A stretch of 63,372 bases of DNA, the filler included, from Octopus bimaculoides (Eukaryota): NCBI RefSeq assembly GCF_001194135.2. It is 8 parts of 7 records of this genome, joined end to end, with 100 filler letters (N's around TTAATTAATTAA, not from the genome) between each part and the next. Parts side by side here need not be neighbours in the genome. Positions count along the whole stretch, not along the records: positions 1 to 21,284 come from NC_068987.1; positions 21,385 to 33,949 come from NC_068993.1; 6 more parts are not named here. One strand, 5' to 3'. Both the position numbers and the translations under genes were made by a program. The notes beneath the pieces were generated by a model. It searched no databases, was not told the origin of the DNA, and saw only the letters and a program-made list of their open reading frames with translations. Positions 13,401 through 26,143 of this stretch are shown here, piece after piece (within the stretch, counting starts at the first letter, position 1; every line of letters begins with the position of its first letter).

Positions 13401-13915
13401 CTGTAGATCAAGGCTAGTAAGCATTATAAAATTCTCTATCGTCAACAATTTAACGCACCACTTCAATAACTAAACCACCGACTCCATTATATGCTGCGTA
13501 CCTCTGTGCGTGCGTCATAACACTTTCGTGTTGCATAACTGTTAACCTCCAATTTCAAAAGAAGACTTCATGGAATACCAAATGAAATACTAATATCAAA
13601 ATCTCCTTTTGTATTTGTGCTGCCAGCACAGAAACTCAGTAGTGTTTTATTTGGATTACAGATTATATTTTTATTTTAAATTAAAGATTTGTTAACACTA
13701 TTGTACAAAATATATAATTTTCTCCATACTTTGCATTGTTACAAGGCTTTCGTTATTTTCTCTTTCTATAATAAAACGACAATGCTTCTAGTAATTAAAG
13801 ATCTTACCTTATAATACATACTTTAGAAAATGAATGATTTAAACTGGCAATCGAACGAATTATTACAGTTTCGAAACAATTGATAATTAAGCACTTATAA
13901 TAAATGTAAACACAT

Positions 13916-13949
<34 letters not shown>

Positions 13950-14519
13950 GCATACATGCACATGCAGAAACATAACACACATTTGTATATGTATGTATGT
14001 GTGTATGTATGTATGTATGTATGTATGTATGTATGTATGCATGCATGTATGAATGTATGTATGTATGTATGTATGTATGCATGCATGCATGTATGTATAT
14101 TTGAATATAAGTATTTAGTTTTGCGTTACCGATTATTCAAAGGAAGCAGCATGTAGATAATGGTAAAATCATGGAAATATGATTAGTCAACGAGATTTCA
14201 TTGTTTATCAAATATTGTTCCAAAATGCGTCACACTTTCAAACGTCCAATACGAATACGGGATATATTCATATATTCATATATTCACATGTAAAAACACA
14301 TGAAAAATTATATATCTTCGGAATCATATGCGTAAAACACGCAAAAGATGTGTGTATTGTTAATGAAATTTTAGTATGATGAATAACTGAAATTCATTAT
14401 GTGGGCAATAAACAGTTGTGTCCAGTACTAACAGGAAATTCTTTAATAAAAAAGCAATGAAAGTGTTTGCATGAATTCATCAATCTATTGCTCAAAATTG
14501 CAAAAGACTACAATAGAAT

Positions 14520-14785
14520 ATAATGTTTCTCTATGAAACGTTCTATAATAGGCAATTGCCTTTTTGGTTATGGATAGAGGACGAAAATTTTGTGCGTTCG
14601 TACTGATAACATTGTTCTTTTTTTCTTTTTATATTGGTTATCGAAGCGACAAAGCATTTAATGTAATTGTAACTCACCTTCACGCTATCTCTAATTAAAA
14701 ATTTATTATATCTCTTGTGTGCAGGGAAATGCTTATTTATAAAGTTTTGGAATATCCTCACGACATTTGAATGAATATTCAAACC
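14520..14785 (-). mobile_element. Naiad-like PLE fragment (RT-endonuclease linker)
   Basis: NIHSNVVRIFQNFINKHFPAHKRYNKFLIRDSVKVSY...GNCLL aligns with NVAKDFLSLIKKLFPGGHKYYKLLNPHNVKVSYSC in the 56 kb element. Confidence 0.7.
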
Positions 14786-15502
14786 ATATGCAACATAATA
14801 CCATATAATATTTTGCTTCTTATTTTGGAGTGTAAGAGTATCATTGTTGTTCAGTATGTAATATAGACATTCCTTGGAAGATGGTTATATGGTTATTCAT
14901 CAACACTGAAATATCTCACCTTCCTTGTTTTGGAGTGATTTAAAGATGTGACACTCAATAAATAAAAATATCATTTGCATATGTATTTCGAAAATTAACA
15001 TATTCTGTAATCTGCGTACCACAGCCGAACAGATAAATCAGTGACCTATTGTCTCAAGGTTTTCTTATTGTTTTACTTTTGGCAACCAATGAAATTTCGA
15101 TAATTAAATAAGTTTCGAGTAATTTACGAATATCTTTGCTTACATATTGTTACGCTGCTTCTCGTCTTATGCCGTTTTAATAACTGGTAACGTGAAACTC
15201 AGATTAATGATTAAAGAAGTTCAGCTATATATATATATGTGAATATATTTTACTTTCTTTGTAAGTACAAACTTTTACCTATACATACATACATACATAC
15301 ATACATACATACATACATACATACATACACACATACATACATATGTGTGTGCGTATTTGCCGAACAAATCGACCCCAGGACTTATTCTTTGTAAGTCTAG
15401 TGCTTATTGTATCGTTTTTGTTGGGTTTTTTGCTGAAACGCTAGGTTACTGAGACGTAAACACACTAACATCGGCTGTCAAGCGATGGTGGGTGAGACAG
15501 AC

Positions 15503-15542
<40 letters not shown>

Positions 15543-15545
15543 GCA

Positions 15546-15597
<52 letters not shown>

Positions 15598-16314
15598 NNN
15601 NNNNNNNNNNNNNNNNNNNNNNNNNNNNNNNNNNNNNNNNNNNNNNNNNNNNNNNNNNNNNNNNNNNNNNNNNNNNNNNNNNNNNNNNNNNNNNNNNNNN
15701 NNNNNNNNNNNNNNNNNNNNNNNNNNNNNNNNNNNNNNNNNNNNNNNNNNNNNNNNNNNNNNNNNNNNNNNNNNNNNNNNNNNNNNNNNNNNNNNNNNNN
15801 NNNNNNNNNNNNNNNNNNNNNNNNNNNNNNNNNNNNNNNNNNNNNNNNNNNNNNNNNNNNNNNNNNNNNNNNNNNNNNNNNNNNNNNNNNNNNNNNNNNN
15901 NNNNNNNNNNNNNNNNNNNNNNNNNNNNNNNNNNNNNNNNNNNNNNNNNNNNNNNNNNNNNNNNNNNNNNNNNNNNNNNNNNNNNNNNNNNNNNNNNNNN
16001 NNNNNNNNNNNNNNNNNNNNNNNNNNNNNNNNNNNNNNNNNNNNNNNNNNNNNNNNNNNNNNNNNNNNNNNNNNNNNNNNNNNNNNNNNNNNNNNNNNNN
16101 NNNNNNNNNNNNNNNNNNNNNNNNNNNNNNNNNNNNNNNNNNNNNNNNNNNNNNNNNNNNNNNNNNNNNNNNNNNNNNNNNNNNNNNNNNNNNNNNNNNN
16201 NNNNNNNNNNNNNNNNNNNNNNNNNNNNNNNNNNNNNNNNNNNNNNNNNNNNNNNNNNNNNNNNNNNNNNNNNNNNNNNNNNNNNNNNNNNNNNNNNNNN
16301 NNNNNNNNNNNNNN

Positions 16315-16348
<34 letters not shown>

Positions 16349-17351
16349 ATATATACATATATATATATATACACACACACATACATAAATGCACACACAC
16401 ATATATATGCATATACATGTGTATTTAACCCTCTAGGTATATGTATATACTTTTAATGCTTGTTAAAATACTTAAGTCCCACTGATGGCTGAAATATTTC
16501 GCGTGTGTTTTAATTAGCAACACATACCTCCCATAATTTATGCACCTTAAAACAACAATCAGCGCAACCATTGACACTTAGCAGACAGTGTAAGAAAGTG
16601 CGGTAAACAGATAGAATAGCGAGAAAGAAAGAGAAAGAGGTAGGGAGAGAGAGAGAGGGAGAGGGAGAAATGTGATATTAGATGGTGAGGGTGAGAAGTT
16701 GAAAGTTGAAAGGTGGGAACGTACCACCCCTCTTACAACGATCTTCAAGCGATCGAGAAAAACATCCGCAATAACAACCTTCTGTTGACTCAGCTGCCAT
16801 TTCCTGGTTCCCTGCTGTCAGGTCAAATCAGCAAGGAGTTCTCTTTTGTCAAAGGAACCCCTCGAGTGACAACTTGTTACCTGTTAGATTATTGTTAGTT
16901 GATAGTGTGACAGAAACAACAAATGGAGTAGATTTTATTTTAAATGAGAAATCGCTACGAGGACATTACCGGAAATATATATGTTGGGATATTATCAACT
17001 ACATAGTTTACTTTGCGTAACAATGTCACAGCGTCGTCAAACGTTTGCCAATCAATATGCAGTAACACAATAAAGCGCTATACATATTCTCCCCGCACCT
17101 ACCGAATAATGCAAAGGATTCCGTTTTCTTTGAATGTGATGGCTATGCCTTTTGTTTGCTATTCCACTTCAGCTTCGGTTGAATAAGCCAGACTATACGG
17201 AGTGTTGTTCAAATCCAGCTGAGTGTTATTCAAATGTCTTCTACACAAACTAAAGAAAAATAAAAACATACATGAATCAATTCAATAAAGTATTCCACTC
17301 TTCAGGTGGGTTATCAAGGGGAATGAAAAATGTTTAATTCATGCTTTAAAC

Positions 17352-17648
17352 CAGGGGTTCCCAACCTTATTTTGCTTGAGAGCTATCTTATCATCTGTGG
17401 ACCCCATATATGTACATGTAAATTTCTGAAATAAAATATTTGTTTGTAGGTTAGTAAAAACTAACAACGAGACAATTTCGTTATAAAAATAACATAAATT
17501 CGAAATACAAATCTTTAAAATTTCTATAAATACAGGCACCTCTCTCAATAAACAAAATTTATATATGGACCCACAAATTACATTGTTTTACTCTTGGACC
17601 AACTTTAAACCTCTGTGGACCCCTGGAGATCCATGTGAACCCCGGTTG
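17352..17648. mobile_element. hAT (Charlie-like) MITE
   Basis: Left end CAGGGGTTCCCAACC; 8-bp TSD CTTTAAAC at 17344-17351 and 17649-17656; right TIR partly deleted. Confidence 0.6.
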
Positions 17649-17679
17649 CTTTAAACGAAACGTATTTTTCTTATCTTGT

Positions 17680-18040
17680 ATCTTCTACTTGTTTCAGTCA
17701 TTGGAGTGCGACAATACTGGGGCACCACCTTCAAGAGTTTCGTCCAAACTTCAATATTTATTTTTTAAATTGGTACTTGTTCCATCGGTGAATTTTGCCG
17801 AACCCAAGACAGCTCGCTAAGCAATGGGGCAAATAAACACAAGCACAAAGACACACACACACACACACACATATATACACGACGTCCTTACATACAGTTT
17901 CCGTCAACCAAACTCTCCTGCAAGGCGTTAGATGATCCGGGGTTATAACAAACATTTGCCCAAGCTACTGCGCAATGATACTGCACCCGAAACTACGCAG
18001 TTGCAATGCAAAGCACGTTTCTTAACCACACAGCCAGGAA
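17680..18040 (-). mobile_element. tRNA-derived SINE family B, degenerate
   Basis: TTTTACTTGTTTCAGTC...TTTTGCCGAAC...CAGTTTCCGTC.ACCAAA...AACCACACAGCC blocks shared with 53466-53880. Confidence 0.7.
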
Positions 18041-18374
18041 ATTTACAGTACGCTGCAATTAAAATTTAAATTAATTATTATGTTTGTGAAATGTTGAGAC
18101 TGGTGCAAAATTTCAATCTTAATTTCTGGAATTTCTTCCGAGATTAGTTTATGAAAGCAGTTTTGATTTATCAATTTAAAATTTCAAAATGAATTTTAAA
18201 AATTATGAAATAGAACCTTGTAGATTTTTGCAAAATGCATCACATACTATATTAGAATATGAGATATATTAGATATATCACATACTGTATTAGATATGAG
18301 AGCAAGTAATCCTCGATAAATTAAGTTATATACATTAGTCAACGATTTTTTTTTGTTTTCATTTATTTATTAGT

Positions 18375-18750
18375 CTTTTACTTGCTTCAGTCATTTGACT
18401 GCGGCCATGCTGGAGCACCGCCTTGACGGGTCTTAGTCGAACAAGTTGACCTCTTAAGCTTAGTACTTGTTCTATCGGTTTCTTTTGCCGAACCGCTAAG
18501 TTACGGGGACGTAAACACCTACACCGGTTGTCAATCGGTAATATGGGGACAAATACACGCGCACACACACACAAACATATATATACGACGGTTTCTTTCA
18601 GTTTCCATCTACCGAATCCACTCACGAGGCTTTGGTCGGCCCGAGGCTAAAGCAGAAAACACTTGCCTAAGGTGTCACACAGTGGGACTGAGCTCAGAAC
18701 CATGTGGTTCGGAATCAAGCTTGTTACTACACAACCACGCTTGCGCCTAT
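18375..18750 (-). mobile_element. tRNA-derived SINE family B
   Basis: Collinear with the 53466-53880 copy, including the internal (CA)/(TA) tract. Confidence 0.8.
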
Positions 18751-19505
18751 CATATTTATTTGTTTTGTTTTATTTAGTTGGGTTTTTTTTTGTAATTTTG
18801 TTGGATCTAGATGACGAGGCAATGACCATGGCCTTGGCAGGCCTTCCTAAATCTGAATTCGATGCTGTTCCTGTTTGGTTTAAACTATTGCAAGCCGATA
18901 CCCACTGGACAGTTATTAGCAAGAAATTTAAGTGGACCACTGTTACGTGGAGCAAGGTCTGAGCATCGTAGTTGGCGTAGGGCCTGTGCGATTGGTCACA
19001 ACAAGGATGAAGAGACGAGGGGAGATGAGTCGAGTGGTCCTGACCGAAAGAGGCACGAGATCAGTTACCCTCGAGCCTCGGAAGCCATTACAGTTAGGAT
19101 GAAATAGGCAGAAAGATGAGACAACTCACTTGTGGACCAAAAGCTTGAGCGTTTTGGGAGTTATTTTATACGAATAAGTCAAGCGTTTTCTGTCTGGATG
19201 CACTGAGTGTTTCTATGTGTGCAGCAGAATTTTACCCTTTGGTGGATGACGTAAGAAAATTGATCGTCAGTGACTTTGGCTCCACAAAAGCCAGACTAAT
19301 GGTCACTAAGAAGAGAGTGGGGAGAGAATTTCAAAGTGTTGGACTAAATCATTGCTGACAGCTATCACTATTATCTTAAATTTTTAGAACTCAGTACGAT
19401 AGTTAAACGGACAAAAAGTAACGATGTATAAAGTGGAAAACTGCACAGAACGGATAGTTTACACATTATCACACTTCAACCACCATTATATTCTTCTTTG
19501 GAAAA

Positions 19506-19714
19506 GCTGCGAGCTGGCGAAAAGTTAGCACACCGGGAAAAATGCTTAACGGCATTTCGTCTGTTCTTACATTCTAAATTCAAATTCCGCCGAGGTTGAC
19601 TTTGTCTTTCATTCTTTCGAGATCGATGAAATAAGTACCTGTTGAGAACTGGGGTCGATACAATCGACTTAGCCCCTCTCCTAAAATTGCTGGCATTGTG
19701 CCAAAATTTGAAAC
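19506..19714 (+). mobile_element. SINE family A
   Basis: GCGAGCTGGC...TTCAAATTCCGCCGAGGTTGACTTTGTCTTTCATTCTTTCG...AAGTACC. Confidence 0.75.
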
Positions 19715-21234
19715 CGATATATTTTTCTTTGAACTCTGTACCAAGCTTCTGTGAACTTATTGACTATATACTATCTTTATGCAATCCAATTAATTCCTTT
19801 TTCTCTTATTCTTATTGTTTATCAACCTCCAGACATTCATAACTATCTACCACAAACATTTTCCTGGTGGAATTCTCTTCTTGCTTGTTTTCCTAACAAA
19901 CGGTTGAAAAAGAGTGTATTACTAATACGAAATTTATCAAAAAATAGTCCTTATATGGCTGTCGTGAAGGGCCTAGATGAACCAGTGAAAAGCATTGGTT
20001 TTCCTACTCCAACTAAATTGTAACAAGCCAAAAAGTCAAATCCCAGAGTCAAAAGTGGTGAGAGAAAATCTAATAATTTCCAATACTGTTATATAACAAA
20101 TTGGGTTATACAGCCGTCATTGAAGAAATGTAACTAAATGACCTTGTGATATGGTTCACAGCTCTTACGTTCGAATTTAGTCTGCCTTTCCGTTATGTAT
20201 TTCAGTAGAGTACTTAATTCTAAACATTTCAGTCTTCTTAGATGTCAGAAATATGTAACCATCGTCTGGAAAGATAATTTGCAATAGACTGATGTCAATC
20301 CAGAGAGATGCATTTATCTCTCATCCGTTTCACACTATGAAAATGTGTCTTAGTAGAGGTTCTTAAGAGCATTTTGAGATTACTGAGGGCATTTCAATTA
20401 AAATTAATCATTCAATACTTTTGTATTTTTTTAAACCGTAACACGGTCTGGTTATCTGGGTGGGGCTAATCCCTTTCCAAGCTAATTGACCACATATGGA
20501 ACAGCAAACGTAAACATACTTTTAGACATCACTGGATATGAAAGGTTACAGTATTGAAGTTTTTCAGAGAAGAAAATAAACGACGCATGTAAAGTGAAAA
20601 TGTTTCACAGCTAGAAGCGAGGGTAACTCGTCGAACTGATTTGATGGTAGCTGACTGTCACTTTACTTCTGTCGCCATACTATTAATAATAACGGATGCT
20701 GACATCGGTGTTCATCCACGAAAGAAAATATTGTAATCGTACTGGTGATATAGAAAAAGAGAGGGGTGAGAGAGATAAAGAGTGAGAGATAGAGATAAAG
20801 AGACAGAGAACTGATGGAGAAAGAGACAGAGAGCGAGCGAGAGAGAGAGAAAGTGAAAGAGAAAGAGAGAGAAGGGGGGAGATAATATGATATAACGTAA
20901 TGATGCGTTATGAATCACAGATTTCTGAGTTCTTACTCATAACAACGCAAAATGGCGTCTTGTTGATAAGATTCATCAAACAAGATTTTAGTGTAACTAT
21001 TCCCATCATAAACTACGTTTGAAATAAAGCAATATTTCAGCCTTGGGAGCTAAGGTAAGTATGTGTATCATACAGTACACCCAACATTACAAATGCTAAC
21101 TTATATTCAAATCTGATAGTATTTCAAAGTTGAGTACAGAGTCATGTAATTTTGTGTAGGTAAGATATTAAGGCTTCTAAGCTCACTCAGTTCTATGATA
21201 GTAGAATAACACACGCACACACATACACACACAT

Positions 21235-21284
<50 letters not shown>

Positions 21285-21384
21285 NNNNNNNNNNNNNNNN
21301 NNNNNNNNNNNNNNNNNNNNNNNNNNNNTTAATTAATTAANNNNNNNNNNNNNNNNNNNNNNNNNNNNNNNNNNNNNNNNNNNN
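21285..21384. other. Artificial assembly spacer (44 N + TTAATTAATTAA + 44 N); also at 33994, 49709, 52225, 54774, 58969 and 60632
   Basis: The identical palindromic 12-mer, with TAA in all six frames, is centred in a 100-bp gap seven times. Confidence 0.95.
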
Positions 21385-21729
21385 AAGCACTAGTCTGATC
21401 TTAAGTACTCTGTCACTTACTCTAACGACCTCGATTACCTTATCCACCCATTTCTCCGCTAGAAGTATTCCTACGCCCCCGACCCCGTCAGTGTTCCCTG
21501 CCCAGAAAATCTTGTACCTGTGTTCTTTGCCTGTGAGGAACCTTGCAGAACCTCCTCTCCATCTTACTTCCTGGATGCAGCACATATCTACGCATCTCCG
21601 TTCAAGCATCTCAACAATTTCACCAGATCTACCTTTCAGCGTGCCGACGTTGAGAGTGCCAATCCTAACAGTATGGGTGTTGGGGGTGTGGGCCTGTAGC
21701 CTGGGAAGAGGAAAAGCAGTGTCGTGTAC
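21385..21729 (-). mobile_element. RTE-clade LINE, N-terminus of the APE endonuclease (cut by a gap)
   Basis: VRIGTLNVGTLKGRSGEIVEMLERRCVDMCCIQEVRWRG...GVGGVGILLAEKWVDKVIEVVRVSDRVLKIRL is typical of RTE-type APE domains. Confidence 0.85.
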
Positions 21730-22149
21730 CTGAAAAGAAAACTTGCAATTATATGTATGTATGTATGTATACATGCATGTGTGTATATCTGTTTGCAGTA
21801 AAGTCTGCAGAAGTAAATCTGGGTTGACAAAGCACACGAAATATCACAATAACAATTTCCAGCAGTCTTCACAGCGAAATCAAGCATTTTCATGCTGAAT
21901 GTGTGGGAAAATTTGTGAATCATTTTTAGTTGCACAATACAGAATATCTGTAACCAGTAAGTTTAAATTAAATATTCAGCTTTATATTACCTGCGACTTT
22001 GTGTGATTGGTTTTTAACTGCTTTTATAACCCTGCGTATGTACTTGATTAATAAGTCAACAGCCACCATATATAGTATGTATGGGGGGGGGTGTATATGT
22101 TTGCTTGGGTGAGTGGGTATAATTTAGGTGGGTTTATTATTGGATATGT

Positions 22150-22516
22150 GGAGGCGCAATGGCCCAGTGGTTAGGGCAGCGGACTCGCGGTCATAGGATC
22201 GCAGTTTCGATTCCCAGACCGGGCATTGTGAGTGTTTATTGAACGAAAACACCTAAAGCTCCACAATGCTCCGGCAGGGGATGGTGGCGAACCCTGCTGT
22301 ACTCTTCCACCACAACTTTCTTCCTGTTTCTGTTGTGCCTGTAATTCAAAGTGTCAGCCTTGTCACACTGTGTCACGCTGAATATCCCCAAGAGCTACGT
22401 TAAGGGTACACGTGTCTGTGGAGTGCTTAGCCACTTGCACGTTAATTTCACAAGCAGGCTGTTCCCATGATTGGATCAACTGGAACCCTCGACGTCATAA
22501 GCGACAGAGTGCCAAC
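22150..22516 (+). mobile_element. tRNA-derived SINE, apparently full length
   Basis: A box TGGCCCAGTGG (22160-22170) and B box GTTTCGATTCC (22204-22214), followed by about 300 bp of non-tRNA body with no CCA or acceptor stem. Confidence 0.8.
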
Positions 22517-22544
22517 TAACTATTATTGGATATCAAGTCACCAC

Positions 22545-22745
22545 CTGTGACCTGAGCCATTCAAGAACTTCGGAATGACCTTCACTGTCCCTAACAAGCA
22601 GGATGTGAACAGTATCCATGAGAACAAGTTTTCATAGCTTTGATATTTTGGGGTTTCCTAGTATTTCACCATTGTATTTAAGAGTCCCATTTGGCATTGT
22701 CCCCAAAATTGATGATCACAGGTACACTTGTCATTCTTAGATACC
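22545..22745 (-). mobile_element. R4/Dong-type (RLE) LINE, extreme 3' fragment
   Basis: Frameshifted TSVPVII..LGTMPNGTLKY..EILGNPKISKL.KLVLMDTVHIL resembles the RLE C-terminus (PVIVGALG...LQK.VL.GTAHIL). Confidence 0.5.
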
Positions 22746-22923
22746 GTATTTTTGAGACCTCTATTTCAAAATCCTTGCATTTACTTAACCTTTCAAATGT
22801 TTTTTTTACAAAAGTTTGCATTTTACTGAGATTGACTTATCTATAAGTAAAGATGTTTAGTTAATGTGATTTTTTTTACCACAATATCTGCTCTATTGGC
22901 CTGAATAGCTCAATCAGTTTGAA

Positions 22924-22959
<36 letters not shown>

Positions 22960-23053
22960 TATCATTATTATTGTTATTATTATTTACAAAAGTAAAGAAC
23001 TCATCTCTCTATCTATTATATTTCTGCTGAGCTACTTCAGTCCTTATATAAAC

Positions 23054-23095
<42 letters not shown>

Positions 23096-23119
23096 TATTA
23101 TTATTATTATTATTATTAC

Positions 23120-23153
<34 letters not shown>

Positions 23154-23155
<2 letters not shown>

Positions 23156-23690
23156 GTGAGAGAGCAGTGCATGCCACCAAAGTGACCCTGGGGTACAAAT
23201 GTATGAAGCCCAATATATCCATCATGACTACCCGTCTAATAAGGGTACATTGGGCATATGCATCACAACCATATGGGCATGACATAGTAATCTCATATCA
23301 AGATAAACAGTGTATGACCTTGCAAGTGGAACCCAGTTCGAGTTTTCTTCATGTCAAATAGCCCACCCTGCTCAAATGGTCCTTGAATAAGGGTTGTTTA
23401 AGGATGAACAGAACACCCATATTTCTAGAGGTGAATTATTCAAATCCCAAAGAATTCCTCTCAACACATGGCTATGATGCTCCTCCATTACTTCAGCTCA
23501 TGATCAGAGATGCACATATCGCCAGCAACCAAGAGACATGCTCAAATGGTTACGGTCAAACAACTGACAAGCAAATTTGTGGTATTGAGCAAAATATTTG
23601 CTGTAGCCCATCTTTTATACCAAGACAAAACATGTACATGATAACACTTCCAATCAGTTAAGATCAAAAGCCATGAGAGCCACTGTCTAG
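23154..23690. mobile_element. Unclassified ~540-bp interspersed element embedded in (TAT)n
   Basis: Complex non-coding sequence bounded by (TAT)n on both sides; recalled as a recurrent octopus repeat (not verified). Confidence 0.45.
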
Positions 23691-23789
23691 TATATTATTA
23701 TTATTATCTTTATTATCATCATCTTTATTATGACCTTGTGCCATTCTTGGGGAGACCTTGAGCTTCAAAGAAGATCAACTAGCTGTTCT

Positions 23790-24310
23790 TTTCTGGAGAA
23801 CTTTCAACCTGGCACCAATGGATTATTTCTGGCCTGGCAGTGCTACAGGGGAGCTTTGCCTGATCGAGATAAACTTTACAGGCACGGAAGTGTTGTCAAC
23901 CAAGCACGCCCATGATGCACGCAGGACAATGAAACAGTCCTGCATGCACTCATCTAGTCCTAGAGCATTGCTGACCTGTGAGTTTATGTCAAACACCTGC
24001 TGTCGTGTGTGGGACAGATCTGGCTATCAACTGAATCCATCATGAAGATCGCCCCACTACCTTCCTTTAACCGGGAAAGAAAGACTGTGTTTATATGCCT
24101 GGTGGTCATGGCAAAAACGGTTATATGGTGGACGAGATTGAAGAGGCTGAGGACAACACTTTTCTCTTTCGCCAATCTCTGATGAAAAAGGAAAATAAGG
24201 ACAGAGAGGGAAGTGTTGTCTCCTAACCTATTTGCTGAAAGTTGGATGAAAGTGGTGAGAATGGTGCGAGAGAGCTGGCCTGCCCTGAGCATACACTTGT
24301 AGTTGAAAAA
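23790..24310 (+). mobile_element. Tx1/L1-clade LINE 3' fragment, decayed
   Basis: LAWQCYRGALPDRDKLYRHGS...ETVLHAL...PSFNRERKTVFICLVVMAKTVIWWTRLK; same family as 836-1330, with several stops. Confidence 0.8.
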
Positions 24311-24649
24311 AAAAGGAAAGAAAAAAGGCACCTGCTCCAAAAGTCAGGGTACCTATGTTTTTATGGGGTTTTTCCATGAGCAGCCTTCAAACGTCTCCTC
24401 CTTATTGAAGATTACACAGTGTTGATTTGTTAGTCTTGTTTACATGCAAAACCCTCACAACAACACACACTCCCACACATACACACACATTCTTTGTTTT
24501 GTCCTGTACTGTCCATAATGTTTTTCTTAATGTGGTTAATAAAGAAATCATTATTATCATCAACATCATCATCACACCAGCAATGCCAACAGTGATTATA
24601 ATGATTATTATATAAACATAAAATTGAGCTTTCAGTGAAAATTGATTAA

Positions 24650-24939
24650 CCCATTACTTCCCATAATTTTATTAACTGGAATTTTTTTATGAAACTTTGA
24701 TTTCTAGCATAAAACAACCTTAGAAACACGCTGGAATGATCAAAATAACATTTCAAAATAACATTTTAAACAGAAATAAGCGAGATATTGGGCGAAAAAT
24801 TAGCAAACCTCATTTGAATATCAGAGAAATATACCTAGTAGATATAGCAAAAAGGTTAGATATGTGTAAATGTTGACAGATAATTATGAAATTTGTAATT
24901 TTTAAGAGATCTCATATGAGATCACTGGTAGATAATGGG
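24650..24939. mobile_element. piggyBac-type MITE
   Basis: TTAA|CCCATTAC ... GATAATGGG|TTAA: TTAA TSD with CCC/GGG termini. Confidence 0.65.
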
Positions 24940-25096
24940 TTAATTTGCAGATGAATCTCAGAATTCCTGTTCGGGTGATTTTCACATTTCTATATAAATA
25001 TATATTTGCACATGTATGTGTATAAATGCATTTAATATGCATATGATATACATACATGGAAGGTGGACAGTAAATGATGACAATGATGACATACAT

Positions 25097-25144
<48 letters not shown>

Positions 25145-25474
25145 GCTGACTGACAACAATTGATTGAATGTTGTTAATTATTGAAATATACATGGTAAAC
25201 AAGTATATTAGCAGTGATGCTAGGTGCAGTGGTGGGCGGGGACTAGAGTGACGGACAGCTTGTTTCCATTCTTTATTTCTTTGCTCAATTGTCTATTTGA
25301 CTATATCAGTCAGCCAAATTACATTCATATAGTGTTGTTTAGTTATGTTGATTTTTTTCCACTCCTAGATGAAATGCCTTTCCATAAATGTGTATGTGTA
25401 TATATATATATATATATACACTGAACCCAGAACAATGTGGTTGGTAAGCAAGCTACTTACCACACAGCCACTCC

Positions 25475-26090
25475 TGCATCATCATCATCATCATCATTTA
25501 ACATCTGTTCTCCATGCTGGCATCGGTTTGATGGTTTGACAGGAACTGGTCAGCTGGGAGAGCTGTCCAGATTCCAACTGTCTCCTGTGACATGGTTTAT
25601 ATGGCTGGATGCCCTTCCTTACACCAACCACTTTGCAGAGTGTGTTGGATGCCTTTTACATGCCACTGGCATGGGTCTGTTTATATATTCTCTCTTTTAC
25701 TTGTTTCAGTCGTTAGACTACAGCCATGCTGGAGCACTGCTTTGGATATTTTTTAGTCAAATGAATCAACCTCAATACTTATTTCTCTTCTAAGCCTAGA
25801 ACTTATTTTATCAGTCTTTTCTGCCAAACTGCTTGGTTACAGAGATGTAAACAAACCAACATCAGTTGTCAAGCAGTGGTGGGGAGACAAGCACAGACAC
25901 AAAGACACACACAAAGATATATATACGATGGGCTTCTTTCAGTTTCCATCTACCAAATCCATCAGAAGTCTTTGTTCAGCCCAAGGCTATAGTAGAAGAC
26001 ATTTGCCCAATGTGTCACCCAGTGGGACTGAACCTGGAACCATATGGTTGGCAAACAAGCTTCTTATCACACAGCCACGCCTATGCCTGT
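25475..26090. mobile_element. Adjacent repeats: (CAT)n-headed family C (CTGGATGCCCTTCCT) followed by SINE family B
   Basis: Family C blocks recur at 5700, 28325 and 60230; family B blocks match 53466. Confidence 0.65.
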
Positions 26091-26099
26091 ATACATATC

Positions 26100-26143
<44 letters not shown>

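Noticed and set aside
18800-19110. Gag-like or host exon (DDEAMTMALAG...VPVWFKLLQAD)
   Set aside because: Only vague resemblance to LTR gag, with a stop after about 50 codons and no supporting domain.
21329-21340. TTAATTAATTAA as a biological motif
   Set aside because: Always centred in exactly 44+44 N, so it is a synthetic six-frame-stop linker.
22150-22225. tRNA gene
   Set aside because: A/B boxes only; no cloverleaf 3' acceptor end; it continues into a SINE body.
24908-24923. 16-bp palindrome GATCTCATATGAGATC
   Set aside because: Lies inside a MITE, where subterminal palindromes are common.
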